This document shows, piece by piece, positions 49,572 through 60,578 of a stretch of DNA of 64,000 nucleotides. The translations under genes and the position numbers were made by a program. The notes below the pieces were generated by a model. That model was not told the DNA's origin and did no database searches. It saw only the letters and a list, made by a program, of their open reading frames with translations. The stretch spans positions 64,001 through 128,000 of the IMG/VR virus record IMGVR_UViG_3300043122_000207. One strand, given 5' to 3'. The DNA is from a virus. Numbering within the stretch: the stretch's first letter is position 1; the number at the start of each line of letters is the position of its first letter.

Positions 49572-50443
49572 TTTCAATGTATAATTCTGGTGAGGTTTTG
49601 ACAGACAAAGAATATAGAAATTTATATGGGATGTATGGGTTTGATTTTATAGCAGATTATATAAATAAATGTCAAAATGAAAAAGAAGTTGGAAGAAGGG
49701 TGCATTCTTTAAAAAGGAATTTCGAAAAATTAAAAGAATGTAACAGGTATCTTTCTTTTCAAAAGATGCTTTTAGTTGATAATGGTGATGTGAAATCCCA
49801 TTACAAAAAAAGTTGTTCGAGAATCCATAACGAATTGGTCGGTTTATTTGATAAACTTGACAAAGAAAAAATAATAAAAATTATAGGGGATAAAAAATTC
49901 TTAGATATATTTCTACACGCTATCATTATAGATATGCGTTCTTTTAAAGGTGATTCGCTTCCAGAATATTTTAAAATGTTGGATGATAAGATATCTAAAA
50001 AAATAATCTATGAGTTTATCTATTCGAATTTTATTGGGAATAAGAAAATCAAATCAACATTATATGGTCTTTATAAGAAATTATTTGAAAACAAATATAA
50101 ACCTGAACTCGATAGTGAAAGAATCGGTGGAGGGATGTTACCCCTCGGGAAAGGTGGTTTCAATAAAATACTAGAGAGTTTGGATGGTGATAATTTCAAA
50201 GACTTTATAAATGAGATAATTCCAACTATAAAATATTATGGTTTGGTAGTCAACAAAGATGAACTTATAGAAAAACTGATAATAAAAATGTTGAGAAATT
50301 TCATACACATTGAAGGGGTTGATAAAGAAAAATACAACCTTTTGACATCACCGTTATTTGTGATAGAGACAAGTGATAAAAACATAGACATTGTGTATCA
50401 GAACCTGTATGAAAAGTTGATGGAAAGTAAATATTATGACTGA
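49568..50443 (+). CDS. paralogue-family protein
   Basis: GMYGFDFIADYINK...KLDKEKIIKIIGDKKF...IDM...LPEY. Confidence 0.7.
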   Translation: MISMYNSGEVLTDKEYRNLYGMYGFDFIADYINKCQNEKEVGRRVHSLKRNFEKLKECNRYLSFQKMLLVDNGDVKSHYKKSCSRIHNELVGLFDKLDKEKIIKIIGDKKFLDIFLHAIIIDMRSFKGDSLPEYFKMLDDKISKKIIYEFIYSNFIGNKKIKSTLYGLYKKLFENKYKPELDSERIGGGMLPLGKGGFNKILESLDGDNFKDFINEIIPTIKYYGLVVNKDELIEKLIIKMLRNFIHIEGVDKEKYNLLTSPLFVIETSDKNIDIVYQNLYEKLMESKYYD

Positions 50444-50461
50444 ACCTAAGGTGTGGTGTGA

Positions 50462-51124
50462 ATGTACCAAAAAATAAAGATAACCGAATATGATATAAGA
50501 AAAGCTAATATCAACGTCTTATTTTCTGGTGGTTTAATATCAGAAGAAAAATATACAGAGTTAAAAAATTCTGATAAAAAAACAAGAGTGGTCAAAGTTG
50601 GGATGATGTTTAGAGACGACAAGGAATTATATAATGCTTTTACAAAAAGGTTAAAAAGATTTGTGAAAACATTTATTGAAGATAATGGTTTAGAAGATAA
50701 CATTTATGAAGTTGTAAAGGATGCGGTTTGGGTTTATGGTCGCTATCCTACAAAAAGAAAATACAATGATTATATAGAGTTTGTAAAAAAGAGAATCGCA
50801 ACATCTGTTTTACCTTTAGGGATACAGAGTGTGGTTTTCTATTATAACTCATTAGAAGGAGATTTCTTCCAGAGAGGTTTGGGGGATGTTACTCTGGACG
50901 AATATCCTTTTTTAAATAAAGTTAAAATGTTTATGGCATTAAAAGAAAGTAACCAATATAAAACTCTTTATGAAAGACTACACAAATATGAATTAAAATA
51001 TTTGAGAGGAGAGTTGAATAGAAAACATCGAAAGAGCATCTTAAAAAAGAAATATCAAGAGGGTGTGGTAAAAGAAGATGACAATTACAGAATAATAAAA
51101 ATAATGGTTAATAAACTGTTATAA
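50462..51124 (+). CDS. small PolB palm-like protein
   Basis: ITEYDIRKANI (motif A-like) and EVVKDAVWV (motif C-like) in 220 aa. Confidence 0.45.
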   Translation: MYQKIKITEYDIRKANINVLFSGGLISEEKYTELKNSDKKTRVVKVGMMFRDDKELYNAFTKRLKRFVKTFIEDNGLEDNIYEVVKDAVWVYGRYPTKRKYNDYIEFVKKRIATSVLPLGIQSVVFYYNSLEGDFFQRGLGDVTLDEYPFLNKVKMFMALKESNQYKTLYERLHKYELKYLRGELNRKHRKSILKKKYQEGVVKEDDNYRIIKIMVNKLL

Positions 51125-51131
51125 AGGGAGT

Positions 51132-52121
51132 GTGTGTATAATGGGAAATTTTCCAAACACATTAAGAAGAAGAGATGATATAGGAGGATTAGATGTTATC
51201 AATGTCGATAATATATCTAATTTAGAATTTTCTAAATTAATTGGAGAGTATGGGTATGTATTTTTATTAAAGTATATTAATGAAGCCAAAACTAATAAAG
51301 AGTATTGTGAAAGGATAAAAAATCTAAAGATTTCTTTTCCTTATGATCGACTATATGGGTCAGACAATGATAAAGATAAGATAGTCAGAACTTTCTTTGA
51401 ATCGATTTTCTTTTATAAACATTTGGATAAAAGGAAACTGATAGATGCTATGGGTAATGAAGATTTTGTATATCGATTTGCAAACCTTATAGCTCTAGAT
51501 ATCATATATTCTACAGATGAAAATGGGATCTTAGTTAATCTACCAGAGTACATCGAATATATTAAAAACTCTGATCTTTTATTAAGTTGCGTTGAAAATA
51601 TAGTGATTAACGATTCGGTTTTTATTGAACGTATAATGGATAAAGCTAAAAACATTTGGGGTTACCTTTTTAAAGAAAGTCATTTAGAAAGTAATGATAA
51701 GGCTTTATTTGATAAATCAACAGGGGAGTTAATAAACCACCCCAATTATGATGAACATGGTATTGGTATTTATGATGAGGACACACTTTACCTGTCACCG
51801 TTGACAGATATCGATATGGCCAATATTGCAAAAATGCTTAAGGATTTTAGGGGTATACTTTATCAACACCCTCTATATCCCTTCATAAGACATATTGCAG
51901 AAACGAATGATTATTTCAATGATGAATATTCTTTGGATGTGTTCTTTATGGATTCAACCCTACACGGGTTAATATACTTCTACGATCCTGAAGGTGAGAT
52001 GTCTAATTTAAGAAGTCAAGGTTGGTTACTAGATTATATTTTTTATTATGAAAAAGATGATAGGTTCACAAATTATGATGACCTATTCTATTATATAATA
52101 GAAATGGTTGATATGCCATAA
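51132..52121 (+). CDS. paralogue-family protein
   Basis: IGEYGYVFLLKYINE...HLDKRKLIDAMGNEDF...LDI...LPEY...FYYEKD. Confidence 0.7.
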   Translation: MCIMGNFPNTLRRRDDIGGLDVINVDNISNLEFSKLIGEYGYVFLLKYINEAKTNKEYCERIKNLKISFPYDRLYGSDNDKDKIVRTFFESIFFYKHLDKRKLIDAMGNEDFVYRFANLIALDIIYSTDENGILVNLPEYIEYIKNSDLLLSCVENIVINDSVFIERIMDKAKNIWGYLFKESHLESNDKALFDKSTGELINHPNYDEHGIGIYDEDTLYLSPLTDIDMANIAKMLKDFRGILYQHPLYPFIRHIAETNDYFNDEYSLDVFFMDSTLHGLIYFYDPEGEMSNLRSQGWLLDYIFYYEKDDRFTNYDDLFYYIIEMVDMP

Positions 52122-52126
52122 ACTAT

Positions 52127-52150
52127 AAAGCAGGGGTAAAACCCTGCTTT
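52127..52150 (+). terminator. intrinsic terminator
   Basis: AAAGCAGGG-GTAAAA-CCCTGCTTT. Confidence 0.85.
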
Positions 52151-52195
52151 TTTAAGTGTCAAACTTCATTTAAACAAAACAAACTAATAAAGGGG

Positions 52196-52774
52196 ATGTT
52201 AAATATGTTAAAGAAATTAATTATATTTTTACTTACTATTTTTGGTGTAAACACTAAGTCAGAAGAAATGAGTTTAGATATGGAGTTCAACAATTTAAGC
52301 GAGGAGGAATTTAATAAAAAAATACAACTGAAAGGGTTTGGGTGGTTGTGTGAATATATAAATAAATCTAATATGGATGATAGTTATATAGAGAGAGTAA
52401 AAAATATTAGACGATATTTTGAAATAACAACAGCCAGTGAAGACCCACTGATGTATATGGAGAATTTTAAAAAGTTGAATTATGTTAAACTAATAAATGT
52501 ACTTGGTAAAGATGGATTTTATAAAACATTTAAAAAAGAAATTATAATGGATATACACTATCAAATAACCGAGTATAGTATACCAGCTTATTTCCCAATA
52601 ATAAGAACAGACAACATATTAAAAGACATGTCAGATTATCTATATAGATATTATCTTAAAACAAAAGAAAAGGAATGTCTCACAACTAAAGAGTTTATCA
52701 ATTCAATGAATGGTGAACATTTATTGAGAAAAGAAAAGAATATGCTTGCAATGAATCCAATGGTTGTATCATAA
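52196..52774 (+). CDS. paralogue-family protein with a short N-terminal hydrophobic segment
   Basis: KGFGWLCEYINK...KKLNYVKLINVLGKDGF...MDI...IPAY. Confidence 0.7.
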   Translation: MLNMLKKLIIFLLTIFGVNTKSEEMSLDMEFNNLSEEEFNKKIQLKGFGWLCEYINKSNMDDSYIERVKNIRRYFEITTASEDPLMYMENFKKLNYVKLINVLGKDGFYKTFKKEIIMDIHYQITEYSIPAYFPIIRTDNILKDMSDYLYRYYLKTKEKECLTTKEFINSMNGEHLLRKEKNMLAMNPMVVS

Positions 52775-52793
52775 GAGAGGGTGGACAAAATAA

Positions 52794-53201
52794 ATGGACG
52801 AAAGACATATAGATAGTATGCTTAGATTTTATAAAAAACACAATCCAAGAAAAGAAGCTGAAGATGATGATGTGGAGAAGTTTTATATGTATAAAATAAA
52901 CACTTTAAAGGGTTACTTTATAAGATTCAATTTCTTTTCTGGTTACACCGAATATATCGATGTTGATGCTATAAAGTTAGCCACACTATCTTTAGACTAC
53001 TTCCTTTTTGGGGAGGAGATAATAGGAAAGAGGCTAAAAAATTTAGCTGACACTTTAGAAAGCAACAGAAGAAAAGAGAGATTAAATAACTTCGATAAGT
53101 TTTTAATGATTTTGGGTCTTAAAAAGTTGAAAAATAAGAAGTCGATATTTGACAATTATGATTATGGTTCCTTTATCAAAGGAGTTTATGAAAGAATGTA
53201 A
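52794..53201 (+). CDS. hypothetical protein
   Basis: GAGGG RBS, terminator at 53208. Confidence 0.6.
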   Translation: MDERHIDSMLRFYKKHNPRKEAEDDDVEKFYMYKINTLKGYFIRFNFFSGYTEYIDVDAIKLATLSLDYFLFGEEIIGKRLKNLADTLESNRRKERLNNFDKFLMILGLKKLKNKKSIFDNYDYGSFIKGVYERM

Positions 53202-53231
53202 TAAAGGGCGAGGGTTAAACCCTCGCTTTTT

Positions 53232-53771
53232 TTATTCGAATTCTTTATATATCTTACTCCCTTGGATACCTTTATTTTTTTGGTATTTACCTTTATCATA
53301 TGTTTTTAATATAGGCCCCATTAACGGTTCATAATATATTTGACATATCTCTATATCAGGGTATAAAAACACTGGCTCTGTACAACTGAGCTCAAGTGTC
53401 CAATACCCCTCAAAGCCGTTATCCCCAAATCCTGCAGTTGCATGGATATCAATACCCAATCTACCGATAGAACTTCTTCCTTCTAATCCTGGTACCAAAT
53501 TGTGCGTTTTAGTGTACTCTCTTGTTCTACCTAGATATAATTTATTGGGTTTCATCAAAAAACCATTTTTTTTGTCTATTTTGAAGGTTTTTGTTTTCAT
53601 TTCTTTTCTCATGTCAAGTGGTTCTCCATTAATAGAATTTTCATAAACAGTTAATTCATTGTGTAACCTAAGATTATAACTGTTTGGGTTTAATCTCTCT
53701 AAATCAAAATCCTCTATATAAATATCACCTTCATCAATTCTATCTAAAATTCCACCATCCGATAATTTCAT
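53232..53771 (-). CDS. dcd: dCTP deaminase
   Basis: NPNSYNLRL, LEGRSSIGRLG, AGFGDNGFEGYWTLEL and ICQIYY. Confidence 0.93.
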   Translation of the reverse strand: MKLSDGGILDRIDEGDIYIEDFDLERLNPNSYNLRLHNELTVYENSINGEPLDMRKEMKTKTFKIDKKNGFLMKPNKLYLGRTREYTKTHNLVPGLEGRSSIGRLGIDIHATAGFGDNGFEGYWTLELSCTEPVFLYPDIEICQIYYEPLMGPILKTYDKGKYQKNKGIQGSKIYKEFE

Positions 53772-53789
53772 TAGTCTCCTCCTCTAATA

Positions 53790-54029
53790 TTAAATTAAGC
53801 CGTTAACATACATTGGGCAATTTTCTTTATCATTCGGTGATAACCTAGCATCACCAATATAATTACATTCATTTTTTTCCCCATTGTAAACACATTCTTG
53901 AACATTACATTTTATATCGTCATTAGTTTTGTTTTTCATTTTGTCCATCTCCTTTTTATTGAGTCTTTTAACCTTATCTTTCATAAGCAACATTCTCATT
54001 TCTAATTCTATATCCATTTTTATCACCAT
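53790..54029 (-). CDS. small Cys-rich protein (DUF1540-like Zn motif)
   Basis: IKCNVQECVYN...EC...CP; the track ORF N-terminus runs through a terminator, so the real start is probably MVIKM. Confidence 0.55.
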   Translation of the reverse strand: MVIKMDIELEMRMLLMKDKVKRLNKKEMDKMKNKTNDDIKCNVQECVYNGEKNECNYIGDARLSPNDKENCPMYVNGLI

Positions 54030-54274
54030 TTCATTGTTATCAAAACAAAAAAATGTGTGGGGTTTTAACCCCACATCTTATAAGGAATTAATATGGAGAA
54101 AACAAGGCAAGGGATTAAGAGAAATACATAATGATCTCATCTAAGACACTTGGGATAGTTTCAATAAGTTCACAGTGTATTTTTATTTCTTAATCTACCT
54201 CTAGTATATTGTTATAGTAAAAATATTTTTATTTTATAGTAACAAGCTTATAGAAAATAATGGGAGGTAATATA

Positions 54275-55123
54275 ATGAATGTAAATATAGTTGGTAATGG
54301 AAAAGTTCATCTTTTATCCGGTGGTGGTAAATGTTTTACTGATGTTGTGGCTAGGTTTGTTGGGTCAGAAAGAAATGTTGAAGAAATAATAGGGAGCGAT
54401 TATAATAAAGAAATTATAAAAAACATTTTAGAATCTGGACATTTAGCATGTACCGAATTTGATCATTTTATATTTGGAGTTGAAGGATATGCAAGAGTAA
54501 CAGAAGTCCAGTTGATAAGGAAACGGTTGGCTTCATACATGATAAAATCTGGAAGAGTTGAAAAGAATGGGAAAAGAAAATTCGATGTTGTTGTTCCCGA
54601 AGATATCCTTTATCATAATACAGAATATAATTTAAAACCAGAGGATATATTTGTGGACGGTATACCTCTAGATGAAATTTTATATGATGCTGGTTATGAT
54701 AATGTAGGGAGAGAGGATATTACATTTGATTTTGATGGGTATGACCTATTATCTATGATGGAGAAGTGGTATGATGAAGGTGTTGAGTTGGGTCTTCCTG
54801 AAGAGAATTTAAGATATTTGAAACCACAAGCTACAGAATTTAAAGGTGTATTCAGTATGAATGCACATGGTCTTTTAGATTGGTTTAAAATCAGATGTTG
54901 TATGACAGCTCAAGATGGTGTTAGAGATATGGCTAATAAAACAAAAGATATCTGTAAGGATGTATTCCCAGATTTATTTAAGGATGCCGGTGCAAGTTGT
55001 GTTTCTTTAGGGTATTGTCCAGAAAACAGCAGACAACATGGAGCATGTAGTATCATAACCCATGAAGAAGTAAAAGAAATGATAAAGGAATCTAAAAGGT
55101 GTAATACAAAATGGGTGAAGTAG
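54275..55123 (+). CDS. thyX: flavin-dependent thymidylate synthase ThyX (RKR variant)
   Basis: SGHLACTEF, EVQLIRKRLASYMIKSGR, LRYLKPQAT, MNAHGLLDWFKIRCC..AQ and CVSLGYCPE. Confidence 0.85.
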   Translation: MNVNIVGNGKVHLLSGGGKCFTDVVARFVGSERNVEEIIGSDYNKEIIKNILESGHLACTEFDHFIFGVEGYARVTEVQLIRKRLASYMIKSGRVEKNGKRKFDVVVPEDILYHNTEYNLKPEDIFVDGIPLDEILYDAGYDNVGREDITFDFDGYDLLSMMEKWYDEGVELGLPEENLRYLKPQATEFKGVFSMNAHGLLDWFKIRCCMTAQDGVRDMANKTKDICKDVFPDLFKDAGASCVSLGYCPENSRQHGACSIITHEEVKEMIKESKRCNTKWVK

Positions 55124-55329
55124 TTAATTTAAACCAATTTAGAAAAGACTATAATAAAGATAGGTATGCAGTTTTTGCTTTTAGTTGGGGTGCAGCAACC
55201 AAAGATATGAAAAAAGATAAATGGTTAACTATTGTTTTTGATGCTGAGACAGCTTTAGATGTAAGTGAACGAGATGTGGTAATTGACGATGGCGGAATAA
55301 GATTCATAAAAAATAAGAGGAGAAATTAA
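55111..55329 (+). CDS. hypothetical protein
   Basis: Overlaps the thyX end. Confidence 0.55.
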   Translation: MGEVVNLNQFRKDYNKDRYAVFAFSWGAATKDMKKDKWLTIVFDAETALDVSERDVVIDDGGIRFIKNKRRN

Positions 55330-55342
55330 AGGGGGATGAACC

Positions 55343-55531
55343 ATGTTTAAATTAAAATTTGAATCATCAAAAGAGAATGAGGTTTATACTAGACATGAGT
55401 TTTCTTGGGGGTATGGTATCTACAATGAAAAGGAAAAGAAATGGTGGGAAGTTTCTTTTGGTGATGAACCAGTATATGTGGGTCACTTAAATGTGTCAGT
55501 CGATGAAAAAGGTTTACTAATTCGCAACTAA
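55343..55531 (+). CDS. hypothetical protein
   Basis: AGGGGG RBS; terminator at 55533. Confidence 0.6.
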   Translation: MFKLKFESSKENEVYTRHEFSWGYGIYNEKEKKWWEVSFGDEPVYVGHLNVSVDEKGLLIRN

Positions 55532-55532
55532 T

Positions 55533-55562
55533 AAAAACCCAGGGGTAAAACCCTGGGTTTTT
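55533..55562. terminator. bidirectional terminator
   Basis: AAAAACCCAGGG-GTAAAA-CCCTGGGTTTTT between convergent genes. Related hairpins: 1624, 21123, 27841, 28222, 29074, 30868, 36358, 42235, 43925, 47678, 53208, 54054, 60000, 62908. Confidence 0.85.
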
Positions 55563-55565
55563 TTA

Positions 55566-55775
55566 TTAAACAAATTTTCTCAGTAACTTAATCTTTTTAT
55601 TAGCTAATTCTTCATCTGGAGATGTGTAACTTTTACCTGACTTCTTATATCTACGCCAAAGCTCAATCAATTCTTGTGCATTATTTCTTTCATCCTTTTC
55701 TAGCTCCTCAATTCTTTGTAAAATCTTATCTCTTTCTATTTCTCTTGAAGATTTAATAAATACACCATTAACCAT
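55566..55775 (-). CDS. small hypothetical protein
   Basis: AGGGG RBS; downstream of the RNAP beta gene. Confidence 0.55.
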   Translation of the reverse strand: MVNGVFIKSSREIERDKILQRIEELEKDERNNAQELIELWRRYKKSGKSYTSPDEELANKKIKLLRKFV

Positions 55776-55802
55776 TACTATCATCCCCTAATTATTTTTT
55801 TT

Positions 55803-58800
55803 TTATTCGATGTCCATATCTTCTTTACACTGTTTTATAAGTTTTCTCATTGCACCTGTTAGGAGCCCTGAAATAAAAACAGAGTTAGTCATTCTTTTCA
55901 TAGGTGAATTTGGTGATAAAACCACATCAACATTTCTGCCAGTTTCAACACCTGTTGGCATCTTCTCGTCATCGTAAACTCTGGCATTAATGGCTTTTAA
56001 AGAGGTATAGTTTGTACCCTTATCACCAGTGGAGAAGATATCATAACTTTCCACATAATACTCAAATAAAACTTCATCTTTATTAAGTTTTATACCATTT
56101 ATTTTATCACCAACCTTTACCTTAGCATTTTTCTTACCGAAAAGAATTTTACTTTCAGTTGAACCATGTTCTTCCAACTGTTTAGCATTAGATTGTTTGT
56201 TATTTAATAAAAAATCATCTATTTTTCTTATATGGTATTGTATACTGTTTGAATATTCGTCAAGATTAGAAGTTCTATAAACTCTCATATCAACTATTCT
56301 ACCACCACGTTTTACTTTCTTTTCGTGTTGATTTAATTCTGATGACTCTACATTTAAAAACTCATCAACCTCTTCATCACCAGTCATGGATTCGAAAACC
56401 ATTAACGGTTCTCCAGATCTCACCTCTTTGAATTCTGCAACAGACTCATGTATTTTAGCATCATTTTTTAAAAGAACAGCATATTTTTTAATAACCTTTG
56501 TTGCTAATCTTTTTGTAAGTGATCTAGAAACCATAGTGGAATCCTCATAAGTCTCTGGTGCTGAATGTAATGCTAGAGTAACTATTGGACCAGGAGTAAA
56601 ATGAAGTGAATATCCGTCTGTTTTAAAGAAGTTTTTATTATATGCTAAAACATCGCCGGCTTTTATTTTCTTACCAACTTTAATTTTTGGCATCAACTTC
56701 ATTTCGTTAGATATATACATGCTTTTAGCTGAATTCTTTTCTACAGAATTTATAGGGAAACTATCTTCTGTTCCGTCAGAGTATTCCACGGTAATATAAT
56801 TTCCAGATATATTAGATACCACGCCGTCTTTTTTAGATTTTCTAACAAACTCATTTGACATATGTGCTAAAGCTTCATCTGCACCAGTGGAGACCATTAG
56901 GGGGTCTGCATCTTCAACACCCATAAGGTGGTTTGTCTGACTTAAATTCATAGCAGTTCTCGGTGCATCATCTTTTGAGGTGGTCATAGGAGTTAAAACT
57001 TCCGATATAGATAGGAGTGTTTTAGAATCAAGATCATCCACATCCTCCATATCTACGTTTTCAAAAAACCCTCTAGCAGATAATATCTTTGGGTCTACAC
57101 CAAAATGCTTTACAACACCAATGGAACCTGAGTAAGCAGAAGCCATAGAGAATTTACCATAGAAACTAGGATCATACAATCTCTTATCTGCTGTGTATGC
57201 TCTATCTAAGTTCAACCCAGATAGACCTTTCATTGAAGCAGATGAATATTTATCTATCTCTCTAGCTGGATTAACAGTAGAGTATTCCTCAAGGTTTGGT
57301 AATTCATATAACTTTTTAATTACAGCATTTTTATCAATTGAGAAAGTAGATTTAGTATTACCTCTTTTTTTAGCAACAGAGAATTTTTCATATTCATCAG
57401 CTAAAACATTAGCCATTGTCGCAGTTATTAATTCCTGATATCTAACCCTTGAATTTCTTATATCGATGTCCTTTTCATTTACAGCTGTGGATAATAGATA
57501 ATTAGCATAAATTAAAAGATCGGTGAATTCAGTGGGTAAGGAAAAATGAACCAATATATTTTTGGTTATTGCATCTATCATCGTATTATTGTAGTTATCA
57601 ATATATACTGGGAAATTATGACTACCCATTTCATCTTCTAATATATTTGCCATAACATCTTTATCTTCTAAGTCTGCTAGTTCGTATCCAGAAAGATCCA
57701 TTCTCTGCAAGTAACTCATAATAGATATATTAGCCATTGAATCATATTTATAAATTAAATATGTGTCTTCAAATTCAATTAGACCTTCTTTAAATTTATC
57801 TATCTTTGGTTTCTTTTCTTTAGTTTCTAACCTATAATCAATATCCATTTTTTCCATTAAAGAATCTAAGCCCATAAGATAAGTTAATATAAGAACTAAG
57901 GGTGCATCTTTACCCAGTATCTTTACAGAAGTATAAACGATAGTTTTTGGCACTGTGTTTTTTTCTTCAATATACTTATGGAGTTTTGGGATATATTCCT
58001 CTGAAACTTTTATCAGAAATTCTGATAAAACCATACCCTTATAATCACCATCGGTGGTTATGGTTTCTGTCTCTTTATTTAGGATTATCTCGTTACCTTC
58101 TATCTCACCTAGAACAATTTCATTTTCATTATCGTTTTCATACAACTGTTTTGATTTTTCATAATCGAATATAAGGTTAACGCTATTTGTGTTTACTTCT
58201 GATAAATATCTTGATATACCATTATATTCTCTAGTGGTTTCCCCTGTATTGAAGTTGGTTTCAAAAGCTGATTCAAAATTAATTATATCAGACTTATTTT
58301 CATCTTCAAACTTTTTAAAACCTCTGACAAATTTAGAATAAATAGGAGATAGGTATTTTCCACCTTTATATGTCATCCGTAATTTATTTCTATTTGAGGT
58401 TATAATAACGTACTCTTCATTTTTTGTTATGGGGTTACTCATGATCTGTCCTATGATATTTTTTTTAGAACCACCAAGATACACAAATTTATCATAAACC
58501 AATTTTGGTAATGTTATTTTCACATTGTGCCTATTACCCTCTAAATCTTTGAATTTCATTTTGATATCTTCAGTATAGTTTAACTCATCTGATGAGTCTT
58601 CTGTTTCTATTTTTTGAATGTATAAGGGGACATCTGTATTAGAGAAAGATTGTGCTATTTCTGTAATATCAAATTTCTTTAATTTTTCATCATATGTTTT
58701 ATTGAAGTTAACAAAAGAGTTCTCATTGTATTTATCTATGGCTGTTATATCATATGAATCTTTTGGTACATCTATATCCTTTATTTCTTCTAGAAGTTCA

Positions 58801-59926
58801 GAATACGACATATCATCTATTTCCACATTCATAACATCCTCGATATATTTTCTTTCTTTCTCACCCATTTCAGATACTCTCTCTAGGGCTTTAGTCCTTA
58901 CTTCCTTCAATATTTTAGATATCTCTTTTGCTTTTTCCGGTTCATCAGTCATATTAATTACTTTATCTAAAACTTCTTCCTCTATTAGCGGTACATCTTT
59001 TTTCTCTTCTTTATCTTCTTTTTCTTCTTTTTCTATTTCTCCTTCGGGGTCTATCTCTTCATCAGGAGAATCTTCATCTTCTAATGTATCTACAACAGCG
59101 TCAGTTACTTCGTGTTTTATCCTGTCGTTATCGTTTTCTTTAGTTTCTTCGTCATCATCGTCTGAAGTTTTAAGTCTTCTAAAACGCAACAGTATATCTT
59201 TTAAAAGATCACTCACATCAGAGTTACTCTCTTTAAGATATTCATCCAACCTCTCATCAAATGATAATTTAAATAATCCCTTTTCTGAAGTAAAGACAAT
59301 GGTTGTGTCTTTGAATACATCTTTTAAGTATTTTAAATCAGGATTATATTTTAAAACATAAAGAAAAAGGTATAGTAAATTGGGGGTTGTATAATCTGAT
59401 TTTTTGATATCCCCAACATTCACAATATCAGTATCAGATATATCGAATAAAATGTATTTGTCATCGTATTCTTCTGCTGAATTTATTATATCCTTTATGA
59501 TTGTCTTATAATATTCATCTACAAATTTGTAATTTTTTATATCTTTAGAAAAAATCATTTCATTTATTAACGATACATCATAAAAAAGATTTCTTTTAGA
59601 GTATTGAGATAAATTCCTATACATATATTTTATCTCGGGACAATTATCTTTAACATAATCGTATACTTTTTTCAAATCATTTTTCATATACACTCTCTGT
59701 GAAAGAATTTTTTCTTTATAAATTCTATCAACATAAATAGCTTTAACTCTTCTTAAGTGTAAATGATATGGTGAATTCTGTTGGGAATCATTTATGTACT
59801 TTAATGTATCATCAAAATTAGTGAACATAGGTATTATAAATCTACCTTTTGTATATGGTTTCTTTCTACTTAGAGCATAGATTCTTCTGCCTATTTTCAT
59901 CGTTGATAAGTCTTCCAAAAATATCA
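55803..59926 (-). CDS. RNA polymerase beta subunit, large N-terminal part (virion RNAP-like)
   Basis: FVYLGGSKK, DPSFYGKF..S..GSIG, SKDDAPRTAMNLSQTNH, YEDS, STGDKG and VDVVLSPNSPMKRM; GAGG RBS before MIFLED. Confidence 0.9.
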
Positions 59927-60023
59927 TATAAACACCTCTCTTTAATTCATTGTGGTCTAATTGGATTGTTCTCGACGTTTTATATCGTAGAGAAAGAAAG
60001 GTGGGTTTTAAACCCACCGTGTG

Positions 60024-60578
60024 TTATTTTAATATAAGGTAAGTTATTCCAACACCTATACCAAAGTATAAGTATTTATTTATTTTGGATTGAATTCTCA
60101 ATCTTGTATTTTCTCTTTCTAATGATTCGTTTATCTCATCTAAATTTACGATAGTCTCATCCTGTGTTTCGGTTATGTCTTCTAATTTCATGGTGTACTG
60201 ATCATTAGCTATACGTTCTTCTTTTAATGATTCCTTTAACAATCGGTTTTCTTCCATTAAAGCACCAACCAATTCCATATAGTAATCTTTAATGGTGGTT
60301 AAATCGGCATTTTGTTTTTCCAGTGTATTTATGGTTCCTTTAAGTTCGTTAACTCTTTTATCATGTATCTCACGTTCTTCTTCTAGCATAGATTTTAATT
60401 CTTCATTATTTGTTTCTAATACACCGATTTCATTTCTTAATTTCACAATTTCCTCGGCTATCTTTTTCTCTTCCTCTTCGTTTAGTTCACCATGTGCAAA
60501 AACAACAGGACTAATTTGTATCGTCATTAAGAATACTATCAAAAGTATCGCTAACTTCTTCATCTGTGAGTTCAACAT
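60024..60578 (-). CDS. exported coiled-coil protein with a C-terminal hydrophobic tail (spanin-like candidate)
   Basis: Signal peptide ...VVFA, long heptad coil, C-terminal YLYFGIGVGITYLILK; overlaps the upstream gene by 68 nt. Confidence 0.5.
   Translation of the reverse strand: MLNSQMKKLAILLIVFLMTIQISPVVFAHGELNEEEEKKIAEEIVKLRNEIGVLETNNEELKSMLEEEREIHDKRVNELKGTINTLEKQNADLTTIKDYYMELVGALMEENRLLKESLKEERIANDQYTMKLEDITETQDETIVNLDEINESLERENTRLRIQSKINKYLYFGIGVGITYLILK

Noticed and set aside
54078-54140. MRSLCISLNPLPCFLHINSL as an AgrD-like quorum-sensing peptide
   Set aside because: It lacks the amphipathic leader and the charged QP/P-xx-P tail, has no SD, and no agrB is nearby
13211-60017. Inteins in the polymerase, helicase or RNAP genes
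   Set aside because: No C/S...HN-C/S/T junctions or LAGLIDADG blocks were seen
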